Source of the DNA: Marsupella aquatica
Lineage: Eukaryota; Plantae; Marchantiophyta
Reading direction: 5' to 3'
NCBI GenBank assembly: GCA_973895155.1
Contig: OZ316892.1
Coordinates: 18,404,357-18,468,356 of the forward strand
DNA length: 64,000 nucleotides
Numbering within the stretch: the first letter of the stretch is position 1; every line of letters begins with the position of its first letter. Below are positions 1 to 11,700 of this stretch, one piece after another. Position numbers and translations under genes: made by a program. The notes under the pieces were generated by a model, which saw nothing but the letters and a program-made list of their open reading frames with translations, searched no databases and was not told the origin of the DNA.

Positions 1-3000
1 ATGATGATGTTTTAAAAATTCAACCATACAAGAAAAAAATATTTGATTAAAAACATGTACTTAATATTCTATTTGTTTTTATGAAGATTCAATAAACTAA
101 TATGTATAGTCAAGCAAATGTTCATCACATCAACATACTCTAAATAGCTGTTAAATTTTGATAACTAATTCATTGCTTGTTTCTGATGTAAAAATTTTGA
201 TTATGTTCATTTAAGATTCTTGGAAGAAGTTTACAAGCGTTGAAGACCTTTATAAATGATAAAAATATTGGATTATAATTTATCCAAGAAACAAATATAT
301 TTCATAACAGTAAACTTTTAAGAATAGCAAGGAAAATTTGTATGGTCTCTTGAAAATACTAAGGGGTTCTTGGGAGGGGTTGTACGCACATATACCCTTC
401 ACTTTACAAAGGTTGGGGCCCAGGGGTAACTAATGAACTAATATTTTTTAACATATTTGGTTTCATAGTTATTCATTAATGTTCCAGAAACATCGAAAGA
501 GTCTCATTGATAGCATGGAGGATATAATACCTTAAATATATTATAAAGTTGTAACATAACCCAAACTGATCAACTAAAGCATTTCTTAAAATAATTACAA
601 AATTATATGTAGATATCATAATGAGACTCTATTTGGAATTTGCAGCATGGTTAGTGCATTACTTCATGATGAAAGTTTCTCACTGGCAAAAATTGTGATG
701 TCACTTCTTTTCATTAATGAAACAAAAAAAAACTTGTGTTGACAAATACATTTAAAGATGTCCTGGTGAAAGTCATGCAAACATTTTTCAGTGTGCAACA
801 AAGAATTACAAGTAAAGAGTTTTTGTCAATGGTCAGATATTCAATATCAATATCTGACCAACATTGAATATTTTATTTCAATAAATAATTGGTCAATATT
901 TTCTGGTGTTGAGAGCTATAGATTATATACACTGTTCATCATAATTAATGCGACTAACACTAATTCAAAAACACTCATTTTCATAATCTACTTACAAATT
1001 AATCTTAGTCACACTAATTTTATGCTAACAGCATTTTTATACACATGAATTAGTGTTAGTTACACTAATTTTGTGCTAGCATCATCTTGTGCACATGAAT
1101 TAATATTATTGTAGTCTTAAGAGTGAAAAAATAAGAATTTATTTTTTTTAAATCCACAATAAATTAGTGTTACTTTAGACTCAAGATCGTCCATTTTTTA
1201 CAAGCTTTCTATTTTTATGCAGTGCAAGAATCCACTCTAATTGAGATCAAGAAGAAGGTGTTTGTCCGTTGTGATCAAGGCCCACATCTCAATCATGTAC
1301 AAGTCAAATTCATTGGGAAGAGTAAATTCATCAATGGAGGAGTTGAACCCCACATATAGACTTGCCCATGTTTGAAACTCATAGGTATAGAGTAACAACA
1401 TTCTACTTTGATGACTAACCTAATCCTTCAGCTTGGTTTTTTCTCTCCTTGAAACTTGAAAGTATTGGCTAAATAAAGCAAAAATATTCCTCCCCTTGTC
1501 TACGAGCCAACAAAAAGTATAGTTGGACAATTGGACATTTTTGGTTGGTTTGTAGATAAGGAAAGAAATTTTCACTTTACTTTGTGGCATGTGCACTGGG
1601 TAATTTTCTAGTATAGTGTAGTGTAAAGCCTAATATTAGTCCATATATTGAATAGGTGCAATTGTAATTGAATGTAGCGCCCGGCTAACATAGACACCAG
1701 GTGCACTCGATCATGGGTACTCCATAGTCACAATTGCAAGAACTATACATGTGCACTTGATGTTTGAATATTGTATACGCGATACTTTATAAAGACACAA
1801 GGGGTTTTACAATGAATTTCCAAAGTACTTATAAATGACTCAAGGTTATTTTTAATATACTGAAAATTATTCATTATATTTTTCAAGGGTCTTTTAAATT
1901 CTCCACATGAAAATTAATAAGGGGTATGTAACATCAAAATGTTCACAAGGGTATTAGGAGTTTTAGCCTAAGTGATTCCCCAGGGATCATACAAAATAAG
2001 TTGGGGTATTTTGATTCTTGTTTTGATTTTTCTTGTATTTAATATTTTCTCTCTATAGACTCTTTTTTTGAAAAACATCTCCCCGCAACATTTTGAACAT
2101 CGTACCTTGCATCTAAGAGATTTTCATTGGGGGACTCCTGTCATAGCTAGCAACTTTGTAAAGGAATAGGCAGCTTTAAGAAGACTACACTTTCTAATCA
2201 TGGCATAAGCATTGAGGTACAAGTACTACCAAAATCTAATTAATTTATTCTTGCTTTAAAGGTGTTACTACAAAATGCACTCAAACTCTGAAAAGGAATG
2301 GTTTATTAATCTTCTCAACATGAGAATGCTTGGAGCAAACAATACAAGACCAACTATTTTATCTTCGTTTGGAGGATATATCTCACACTTTTAGATATCT
2401 TAAAAAAAATTTCCTTCATTTATCTAGATATGATAGTCTAAAAGCTTTATGTGACCATTTAGGGAAGATTGCGCAACCCCATGGGCGGGGAGGGGGGCTG
2501 GGTTTGTCACTTCCACGGGAGTGCTACATCACATGCGTCAAAATATATAGGGTGACCATTTAAATGGTTATGAAGGAAGATTTCCAAAGTTTTGTGAAAG
2601 AACAATAGGGTCAGTTATATTTTTGGATACTCTTTAAAGAACAATAGGCCCAGCCTCATTAAATAGGTCATATTACACGGAATTGTTTAAGAAAGTTAAT
2701 CAGAGTATTTTGAGTCATGTGCATGCATATATGACATGAGTCATGTCCTAATTGGTACACATGTTAGTATGCAAATGATTGGTACATGTGTATTCCCAAA
2801 GAACATGAATTCTGATTTTTGCCAAAATAATCATAGCTAGTTAAAAATTTGCATGGGTGTAGGGTTTGGGCAGGTATGTTTAGGGCTAACCAATTTCATG
2901 GGGTCTCAAATATAGTTGTTGGTATTGGAGGGCTATGAAAGGCTCAATAAAAGGGCTATAATGGAAGGATGTAAATTGAGGAGCCCATTGGGACTTTGAT

Positions 3001-5382
3001 AGGAATTGAGGGTAGGTGAGGCTACTAAAGTTTTTGGTATTCAAGTTTGGGTTTTAAACCAGGGAGTTAAGTGTTGGGCAGCCAACCTGCTGCCCAATTC
3101 CAATGTCCAGTTTAAACACTTTGGAGCTGGTAGAGGTCAAAATTGGAGCTTGATGCCACAATAGATTAATGGTAATGGTAATATATTGTATAGGGTTGGG
3201 GACCATAAAAGTCATGGGAGCTGCAACAAAAGTGAAAGTACAATGCAAAATAAATCCATGATCTGAGCTTGATCAATATGTGCTCCCTGGTATGCAACTC
3301 CCCTTTTCATAATGCAAGTTTTTGATTCCTTATAATGGCCTTATATCGAATTGGCCAGATTGCATTTTATTTTAGTCTACCAAAGTCTCTTACTCTTATA
3401 TATCTATAGTAAGATATATTTGCTACAACATATAAAATTAAAAATGAATGTCAATTGAAAGTCAGATTTTATTAAACCACAATTCGGTATCTAAATACGC
3501 CGGGTGAACCGGAGTGCTCATTCCATAATCGGGTTTATCGCGTTTGCGGACGGGGCACCTAACCATGACCCTCCGATCGTCCACCATATCAATCTCATCT
3601 GTCCATCAAATGACAAGATCTAGGGCTCAAAATGTAGCTCTTAGTGAGATCTACGTCTCAGAAAAAACCTCAGTGAAAAATGAGGAAAAATGAGTAAAAA
3701 AAAATGAAAAACAAACAGAGCGTTCTGATTGGTTGTTACCACGATTTTGAATTTTGAATTTTTGGGCAGTCCGGGCAGGGGGCACCTGTCCCCATAAACG
3801 CACAGGGTGCAGGGCAGAGTCTCGGGTGACTCACACAGGCAGCGCCGGGTCCGGAGGGGCTTTGCCTTGGCCGGGGGCTGCAGCCGGGGATTATCTTTAT
3901 ATGGAGTTGGTGGTACTCTATTTTCGAATAACTTCCCATAGCACAATGGTTCAAGCTCTTCCCTGCAAACTAACAGGTCCTGTGTTCAGACCTTCCTTGC
4001 GCGAAGTGATGCACAGATCTTTTGCTAAGAACCTATTCTGCCAGTTGCTTAGGGCGGCGATTAGGGTTACTAAGAAGCACCCTAATCCTACGGTTCCAAG
4101 ATCCAACAGTTCCAAGATCCAACGGTTCTACACCGGGTTCTACACAAAACGGGGAAGAGGGGACAAGATCCAGCCATTGTTTGACCTAGCCAATTAGGAA
4201 GAGGGGATGAAAATTGGCAATGGGGAAAGGGAGCTTGTGTTTCCAAGGAAGCCTCATTTGTCATTGTGTCCCAAGAGAAATTTGTTTTTTTATTGACAAG
4301 TTCTTCCTTCCCTTAGGTCTCCAGAGTTTTTTGGTGCAAGTCCTTGGTTATCACCGGATTGGGCTTGGCCTCCGGTCTGCGTTGTAGAGGTTTAGAGTTG
4401 GTTTTGAGTTTATTTTATAGGTTTTTAGGATAGGGTAGTATGAGTGTAGGGGGCCAGCCTCCCCCTCTTTCGCCGGAGGGAAGGCAGAAACGCCCCCCAC
4501 GTGGAGGTGGTCCCTCGAGATAGCGGTATCCGAGTGATGACATAGATAATTACAAAAAGAGACGGAGACCGGATGCCAAGCCTGAAATCCGGGTCCCACT
4601 TGGCGGTGGGATGAGTGGGAGGAACTCAGAGGTTTGCTCGGATAGGACACAACACACTCCACTGTTGTCACTTGGTTACTTGATCGTGTGCGGCCTAGAG
4701 TTGAGGAGCTCCGGGCTTGGCGAGCAGCTGAGGTAGCTCAAATTCAACCTCAACCGGTACCATTACCAGCAAATGAGCAGCCCAGAGGTCACCCTTTGGA
4801 GGCAGGACATCAGGTACAAAGACTTCGGAAATTTGCTGCATTGCTTAGTCAATTGCATTTGTTTTTGTATGTAATTGTTTGTATGAACCATGTAAACCTT
4901 GTGGAGCTTCGTCTTTTGAATGGAATCATACCAGATTAGGGTTTACAATTTCCAATAATTAGAGCCATAATACATGTCATAGTAAACCCATAATTTTCAA
5001 TAATTAGAGTCATAATACAGGTCATAATAAACCCATAATGCTCACAAATTTAGGTCATCTAATTGGATTGAATACTACTTTTTATTATAACCCCACATGT
5101 ACAGTATGAAAGAACACAAACCCACAAGGCTTCAGTAAGAATAATTTATATTAGTCAATAATTCAATGATAAATTTAGAGAATCTTGGTATAAAGTCATC
5201 CATAAAGTATTAATTTTTCTCTACTTTCAATCATATTTCTGACAATCATAAGGTATTTTTCTCATTTTTAGGGTGAGAATGAATAGTGATGTTTCCATAG
5301 TTTTCTTGCAATTTTAGTGTGTAGTAAGGTTTTTGGGGGTCTACTGCTAAAGTTCTTATTTGTATAATTTCCAGCCTCCCAA

Positions 5383-7780
5383 GATATATGAGGCATGGGG
5401 TTCAGATATAGAAGAGGACCCCGTCTGGGAGGAGCATATTGCGGAGCAGTATGCCTTAGATTCAAAGGATGAAGCTCTCTATCGGGATGATGACCCAGAC
5501 GTTGTTGCAGCTTTAGGGGCCACCAACATTGTGGATGACCATACCTTTCAGGTATGAGATCCTGTCTCTCACCACTTTATAAAAGGTTGTAATAACTAAA
5601 AAATAACCATTGACACAAGGTTGTGGATTTCTTGTATCAGGAGGATTCAAGAGTTCCAGGCCCTCAGCCTGCTCCAGTCCCAGATGCCGAGCAATCTGAG
5701 GTTCCCTACACTGAGCCATCTTCAGTTGCCGACTCTTGGCCATCTGCACTTCTTGAGTTTCAGCCATGTGTCATTCCTGACTCTCAGCCACCACTAGTAC
5801 CCGACGCTCAGCCGTTACCACCTCTAGACACTCAGCCAACTCGTAGAGCACCACCCTGTCGCCCAGCTACAGTTGGATTTTTTGATCGCCATTTGTTGGG
5901 TACATTTGTTGATCGGCTACTCCCTCGATGTCATATAGAGGGATGTTTGAGGATTCCAAGAGTTGAACGTGTTAGGGAGTTGCATCAGTTATGGTCGATT
6001 TGCATTGGTTATGATGTGGATGGACACAATTGGACTTTTGTTACAAGTGAGAATGAGCCAGGGAGAAGTTCTCCAATGATCACTCCCAAGTTGTATCATT
6101 CTACTCTTTGCTCCGGGTTGACCTACACATCCTTGGCTGCTGTTGTCTCGCATCTAGGATTACATGTCCCTACTGCAGGTCATTGGCACAATTTTCAGAG
6201 TGGACGTGGGCGACCACAAGGTGGATGGATTGCAGCTGTGAAGTAGGAGTTGCAGGAGAACAAAAATAATCTATGGGAGCAATTGAAGGAGCAACTTCAA
6301 CATCGACGGATGACTGAGACAGGTCAATATGTTATTTTCCCTTACAAATTCAATGTCATAGTTTTATAGTGTCATGATAGAGTTTATCCTAAATTATTAA
6401 TATACTTAGTATTTGTGTGTGGTTTGACACAGATCCAGGGTTGGTGGTTTATCTTGATACTAGTTGGGATTCTTCTCGGAGTGGTTTTCATGGTACCACC
6501 TCTATTCTCAACACTAAAGATAATAGAGTGATTGAGATGGTCACAATTACGAGGAGAGAGGAAAGAAATGCCTGATACATGGAGGACAAGGGTACCAAGA
6601 AGGCATTGGATAGTTTGAGAGAGGCAAGGATATCTATTGTAGAGGTTATCCAGGATGATAAAGCCACTATTGATAATATTGTGGAGGATATGAGGATTAG
6701 GAACCAGCAAGACTTATGGCATAAGGCGAAGAATCTGGTGAAAAAGTTTGTGGAGAAGATGGTGAGTGTCACATATACTATAACTGTTGACATTGATACT
6801 GCCACGTCTCGGTCTCAGCTCCAAGCGACTACTGCTAAGAGGTTGCAAGATTGGTTGAAAGCACAGGGAGTGAGAGGGTACTCAACCCTGAGGAAGGAGG
6901 CACTGGTCCACAAAGTTATCGACATGCATGGGTTACCACATGAAGAGCCAGTACATATTCAGACTCGTGGTCCTAAGTATCCAGAGTTGGCTCAACATAA
7001 CTTGGCATCAAAATTGAAGACATGGTTCTATGTATGTTGTCGGCACTGTAAAACCAGGTATATATACTTTTGTACATGGTGTAAGTTCTTTGATTTAGAA
7101 TTTATGTGTAATTGACATGATATGGGTTGAGGTCTACAAAGTTGAAATTGAGTTTTGAGTAATTTTGGTTTGGCAGTGGGGGAGATGCAGAGTCCTTGGC
7201 CTTTGAGTTGGGAAATTGTGCTGATCATTGGGCGGGCAATCATGCATCATGTGCGAGACTATCTGATAGACCTTGTCAACATCTTGGAGACCCTGGAGCC
7301 ATCCAGCTTGACCATTATTATGAGCAAGGTACAAATCAATGTAACTTACTATAGTTATCCTCGCTTCATTTGGGTGTTATATATTGTTGGGTCACATTAT
7401 TCACAATTTGGGTTTTGTGCATGCATGTAGGTGGCAAGACTCACTTGGCCATGCAAAATTTTATGAAGAAGTATACTACTCCTTCCAAGATGAGGTTTTA
7501 TACCATGGCTTGGGGGACTTCATGTCAGAGACCTATCACTCTGTGATGGGCAAGTACGCCATCAAGCGTATTCATTTCTCGGCTAGTCATGAGGCTCGCT
7601 TGTGTTGTGCTGCATTGGATTGGAATGAGAATATTTGCCGACATGTATGGAAGGTATACGAGCGCACACCCGTGAACACAGCTGTTAGGGAGCGTCCTGC
7701 TTGAACGCGAGTATTGGTGGACCGGACCACGAACTGGAAGGACAAGACTAGTGAACGCATTTATGGAGTGGTCTTTCAAT
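5383..7780 (+). pseudogene. Spliced DDE transposase of Kolobok/Mutator-related type with premature stops
   Basis: Approximate GT-AG exons 5383-5551, 5620-6321, 6433-7057, 7177-7328, 7431-7792. Motifs: PRCHIEGC...DGHNW; VVYLDTSWDSSRSG (D at 6456); MEDKG...EVIQDD (D at 6654); QDLWHKAK; SETYHSVMGKYAIKRIHF...ARLCCAALDWNEN (E at 7528). In-frame stops at 6244, 6573 and 7702. Further 5' exons are likely near 4500-4810. Confidence 0.75.
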
Positions 7781-8263
7781 CTTAGAGCTCAGGTAACATA
7801 ATGGAAACCCAGATCATAGTTGTAACAATTTGTGTGTGTGTTTTTTTTGCCTCAAAAAAACCAAGTGAATTCCATTCAAATAGCCAACATACAGATCAAT
7901 TTGTGTGTTTGATGATCATTATATTAGTAAACCCTTATGACTTATTCCATGGTGAACTTGTAGAGTCTCTATGCGACATAGGCACTACTATATCTCTATG
8001 TATGGTCAACATATCTGAGGAGAAACATCTTCAGAAAGACCTTGGTTAGCATACTTCAGGTTAGTCTAAGGAATTGTGTTTTTTAAATTTTGTACAAGTT
8101 CATTTGATGTAAACTGGTTATACCTATTTTGTGTGATTGGGTGCTCATGTGATGTGATTGCAGGAGGCGATTCTCTTGAAGAGGGCCGAGACCTGCCATC
8201 CAAACTTTTCCAGTCTTAGCTAGTGTTAGCTTGTTCCCACTCTAGTGTGTGTGGGGTTTTTTA

Positions 8264-8743
8264 CTTCATAGTGTGTGAGTTTTCTACTTGAACATGATAG
8301 TATATATTGTCTGGTTTTTTATGTGTGAACCAAAGATTGGAATATAATTTTGTTGTTTTGGTGATTCCAAAATGTGAGACATGCTTCATAGTGTGTGGGT
8401 TTTCTACTTGAACATGATAGTATATATTGTCTGGTTTTTTATGTGTGAATTAAAGATAGGAATATAATTTTGTTTTTTGGTGATTCCAAAATGTGAGACA
8501 TGCTTCATAGTGTGTGGGTTTTCTACTTGAACATGATAGTATATATTGTCTGGTTTTTTATGTGTGAATTAAAGATAGGAATATAATTTTGTTTTTTGGT
8601 GATTCCAAAATGTGAGACATGCTTCATAGTGTGTGGGTTTTCTACTTGAACATGATAGTATATATTGTCTGGTTTTTTTATGTGTGAACCAAAGATAGGA
8701 ATATAATTTTGTTTTTTGGTGATTCCAAAATGTGCGACATGCT
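8264..8743. repeat. Tandem repeat, 119-120 bp x4, inside the transposon
   Basis: Unit CTTCATAGTGTGTG...GACATG starts at 8264, 8384, 8503 and 8622; copies are near-identical. Confidence 0.95.
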
Positions 8744-9046
8744 ACCAGTAGTGGTAGAGTAGTTCCACTCTAGAAAAACCTTTTTGGGTGATGCTAAAAT
8801 ATCATACATGCTCTCAACCAGATCCATGTACTCTGCAGTATTGGCTTCTGGGTGAATGATGCAAAAAGCCTCAAATAAAAGACCAAACAGGGTAACTCTA
8901 TCCATTATATTTGCCAAGTGTAACATGTACTCCCAAGGGGAATTGAACCCCTTATGTTGCCAACCAGCAGGAGTTGTTATCTGCATAAAAAATTATTAGT
9001 CGGACAAAATGTTTCAAGAAAAACATGAAACAACAGGAAACTATCA

Positions 9047-9445
9047 CTAATTGGGGAGAAATCCTACAAACTCCTCCCCTTCATCATGCCAAGTTGCCTT
9101 CACAGAAGCCTCAACAACTTCAGGGAACTTGGTTCTATCAGCAAAGCCTGCTACATAGGCGAGATGAGTGTACACCTAAAATCTCTTCCGTCTCATAACA
9201 GTCTCTACATAACTATAAGCAGCACACATGATGAGCTCTTCTAAGTCAACAACAGGATTCAGATCACTTTGACATTCTGTGACTGCCTTACAAAACTCAG
9301 GAAAATCTGTGTGAATCTCCTGCAATGTGACCGGTAGGATAGTGGGTGGAGCACCCTCAGGATGAGTGGGGTCCTGCCAAATGACATTGTAAGTCTCATC
9401 CTGAAGTTTACTCAACGTGACTATCAGCTTTCTCTTCGATGCCAT
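9047..9445 (-). pseudogene. KolX-like accessory protein of the transposon (one in-frame stop)
   Basis: MASKRKLIV...RRKRF*VYTHLAYVAGFADRTKFPEVVEASVKATWHDEGEEFVGFLPN. This resembles the KolX/P2X7-ballast C-terminal pattern R..AY...R..LP.CV...IR..FP...G.Y.GF. The TAG at 9176-9178 is plausibly CAG>TAG. Confidence 0.55.
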
Positions 9446-9937
9446 CTTCCTGCGGCCACAAAACACTGATGCAAATATTACTCAATCTTGCACAATCATT
9501 ATATGTTGTTGTCAAACATTCCAACTGAATGGACATTGAAGAAGAGGGTTCAATGAAGTTGGATTGGAATTTCCAGAAAGACACTATAGCAGGTGTTGTA
9601 CAACAGCCCTGCTCCTCGAGAAGGAGCCCTACCCATCAGCAGCCAGTCACTCTCCTAAAAACGAAGTCTAAAAAATGAAATAACAAGCTTTTCTCCTGGC
9701 ATAGACTACTTTCGTTGTCCAAGATGAGCCCCATAGATTGAAATGGGAGTCTTCTTGAAATCAGAGCACAGGGAGCACAAATCGATTCACATTAGAAGCA
9801 GCAAAAATCATAGAGCAGGGAGCATAGATAATTTTACATTAGAAGCAATAGAACTTGTAAAGCAATCCAAGGACAAATCGTACCTGCGTAGGGTAGCAAC
9901 ACAAAGGGCAGCTGGATCGAGCAGGGCAACAACATAA

Positions 9938-10912
9938 ATTGTGGCTCAATAGAGCAGGGCAGCAGCAGGGATTGCAGCTTGATCGCAACTCAAATCACAG
10001 CTTGGTCGCAGCTCAAATCGTAGCTCCAATTGCAACTCAAATCGGAGCTCAAATTGCAGCACAAATTGCAGCACAAACTATAGCACAAATTGTGGGTAAA
10101 TCAAGTAGGGCAGCAGCACAAATTTCAGCTTGATTGCAGCTCAAATCATAGCTTGGTCGCAACTGAAATCACAGCTTGGTCGCAGCTCAAATCGTAGCTC
10201 AAATCAGAGCTCAAATCGCAGCACAAATTGCAGCTCAAATTGTAGCTCAAATCTTGGTTAAATCAAGCAGGGCAGCAGCACAAATTGCAGCTTGATTTCA
10301 GCTCAAATCACAGCTTGGTCGCAGCTCCAATCATAGTACAAATTGCAGCTTGATCACAGCTCAAATCAGAGCTCAAATCGCAGCACAACTTGTAGCTCAA
10401 ATTGCAACAAAAATCATGGCTAAATCAAGCAGGGCAGCCGCACAAATCGCAGCTTCATTGTAGCTCAATCATAGCTTGGTTGCAGCTCCAATCATAGTAC
10501 AAATCACATCTTGATCACAGCTCAAATCGGAGCTCAAATCGCAGCACAACTTGCAGCTCAAATTGCAGCAAAAATCATGGCTAAATCAAGCAGGGCAGCT
10601 GCACAAATCTCAGCTTCATTGCACCTCAAATCATAGCTTGGTTGCAGCTCCAATCACAGTACAAATCATAGCTTGCTCACAACTCAAATCAGAGCTCAAA
10701 TTGCATTGCAGCACACCTTGCAGCTCAAATTGCAGCAAAAATCATGGCTAAATCAAGCATGGCAGCAGCACAAATTGCAGCTTCATTGCAGCTCAAATCA
10801 CAGCTTGGTCGCAGCTCCAATCAGAGCATAAATTGTGGCTCGATCATAGCTCAAATTGCAACACAAATTGCAGCTCAAATCGTAGCACAAATTGTAGCTC
10901 AATCGAGCTCCA
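9938..10912. repeat. Minisatellite of 12-bp GCAGCTCAAATT/C units in a higher-order (~125-180 bp) array
   Basis: Dozens of GCAGCTCAAAT/GCAGCACAAAT variants, punctuated by recurring AAATCAAGCAGGGCAGC and AGCTTGGTCGCAGC motifs. Confidence 0.9.
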
Positions 10913-11594
10913 GCTATGGCACCCTATGACTTGAAAGGGACTAGCCCCGAGTCCATTTGGGAAGGCAAGCTCCATAGATCGGCCAGCAAGCTGTGAGGAT
11001 TCGAGCGAGAGGGCGAGCACGAGTGAGAGGGAGGCGAGCTTCAGTGTTGTGGCTATGGTGGAAGTTGCAAGTTGTGAAGAACGGGGCAAGGTGCAGCTGC
11101 GGCCAAAAGTTGTGAGCACTGGGAGGGGTTGCGGCTAGGGCAGGGCCCTGCAAAGGGTAGGTGAGAAGGCCCTGTCATCACCGGGTGAGCAAGGGGCTAC
11201 TGCTGCCCTACAGACGGTGAATAGTGTTCGGGCAGGACTCGAGGTACCTTATATACCCCAAGTTGTGGTTTAAAGTATGATGAAGTGAACACCAGGGTAT
11301 AAATACAATCAAAATCAAATGAGAATGAATGACAATAGACTAAACTCTCTACTTGTACTATTATTTATATTTTTTGAGACTAGCCCTGTCTACCCATTCT
11401 TTGAATGTGAATAGTGGGGATGACACTAAAAATGTTGCCAAAATATATTCATAATTCACTTTCTTTGAAGGTTAATCAAATGACAAAAAAATTCACAGGT
11501 TAATTCACAGATTTTCCCTTAAATGTATAAAACATATTTAAAAATAAAAAATGAAATGATTAAAAGACCATCATGGAGGTAATTATTTTAATAA

Positions 11595-11700
11595 TGTTAG
11601 ACTCTACCTCCTATTGACCGGACCAGCCAGTCATCCAGCACTACTACATGTACACACCTTTCTAGACTATACGACAATTATTCATATTCTCATCATCACA
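11595..11700 (+). repeat. 5' LTR (106 bp)
   Basis: TGTTAGACTC...CATCACA; differs from the 3' LTR by 4 transitions. Confidence 0.97.

Larger units (their letters stand above)
3476..11269 (+). mobile_element. Kolobok-like DNA transposon, decayed (TTAA TSD, imperfect TIRs, transposase plus convergent second ORF)
   Basis: Left end TTAA(3472-3475)|ACCACAATTCGGTATCTAA. Right end, reverse-complemented: TTAA(11270-11273)|ACCACAACTTGGGGTATATAA. The interval holds a DDE transposase on + and a KolX-like ORF on -. Confidence 0.75.

Noticed and set aside
1-3470. Short ORFs and possible TE remnants in the AT-rich start
   Set aside because: No recognisable motifs could be assembled; likely decayed repeats.
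8264-10912. Repeat arrays as CRISPR-like
   Set aside because: The units are contiguous tandem copies with no unique spacers, there are no cas genes, and the context is eukaryotic.
9939-10929. ORFs with IAAQ/LQLK repeats
   Set aside because: They are translation by-products of the 12-bp minisatellite and are interrupted by stops in all frames.
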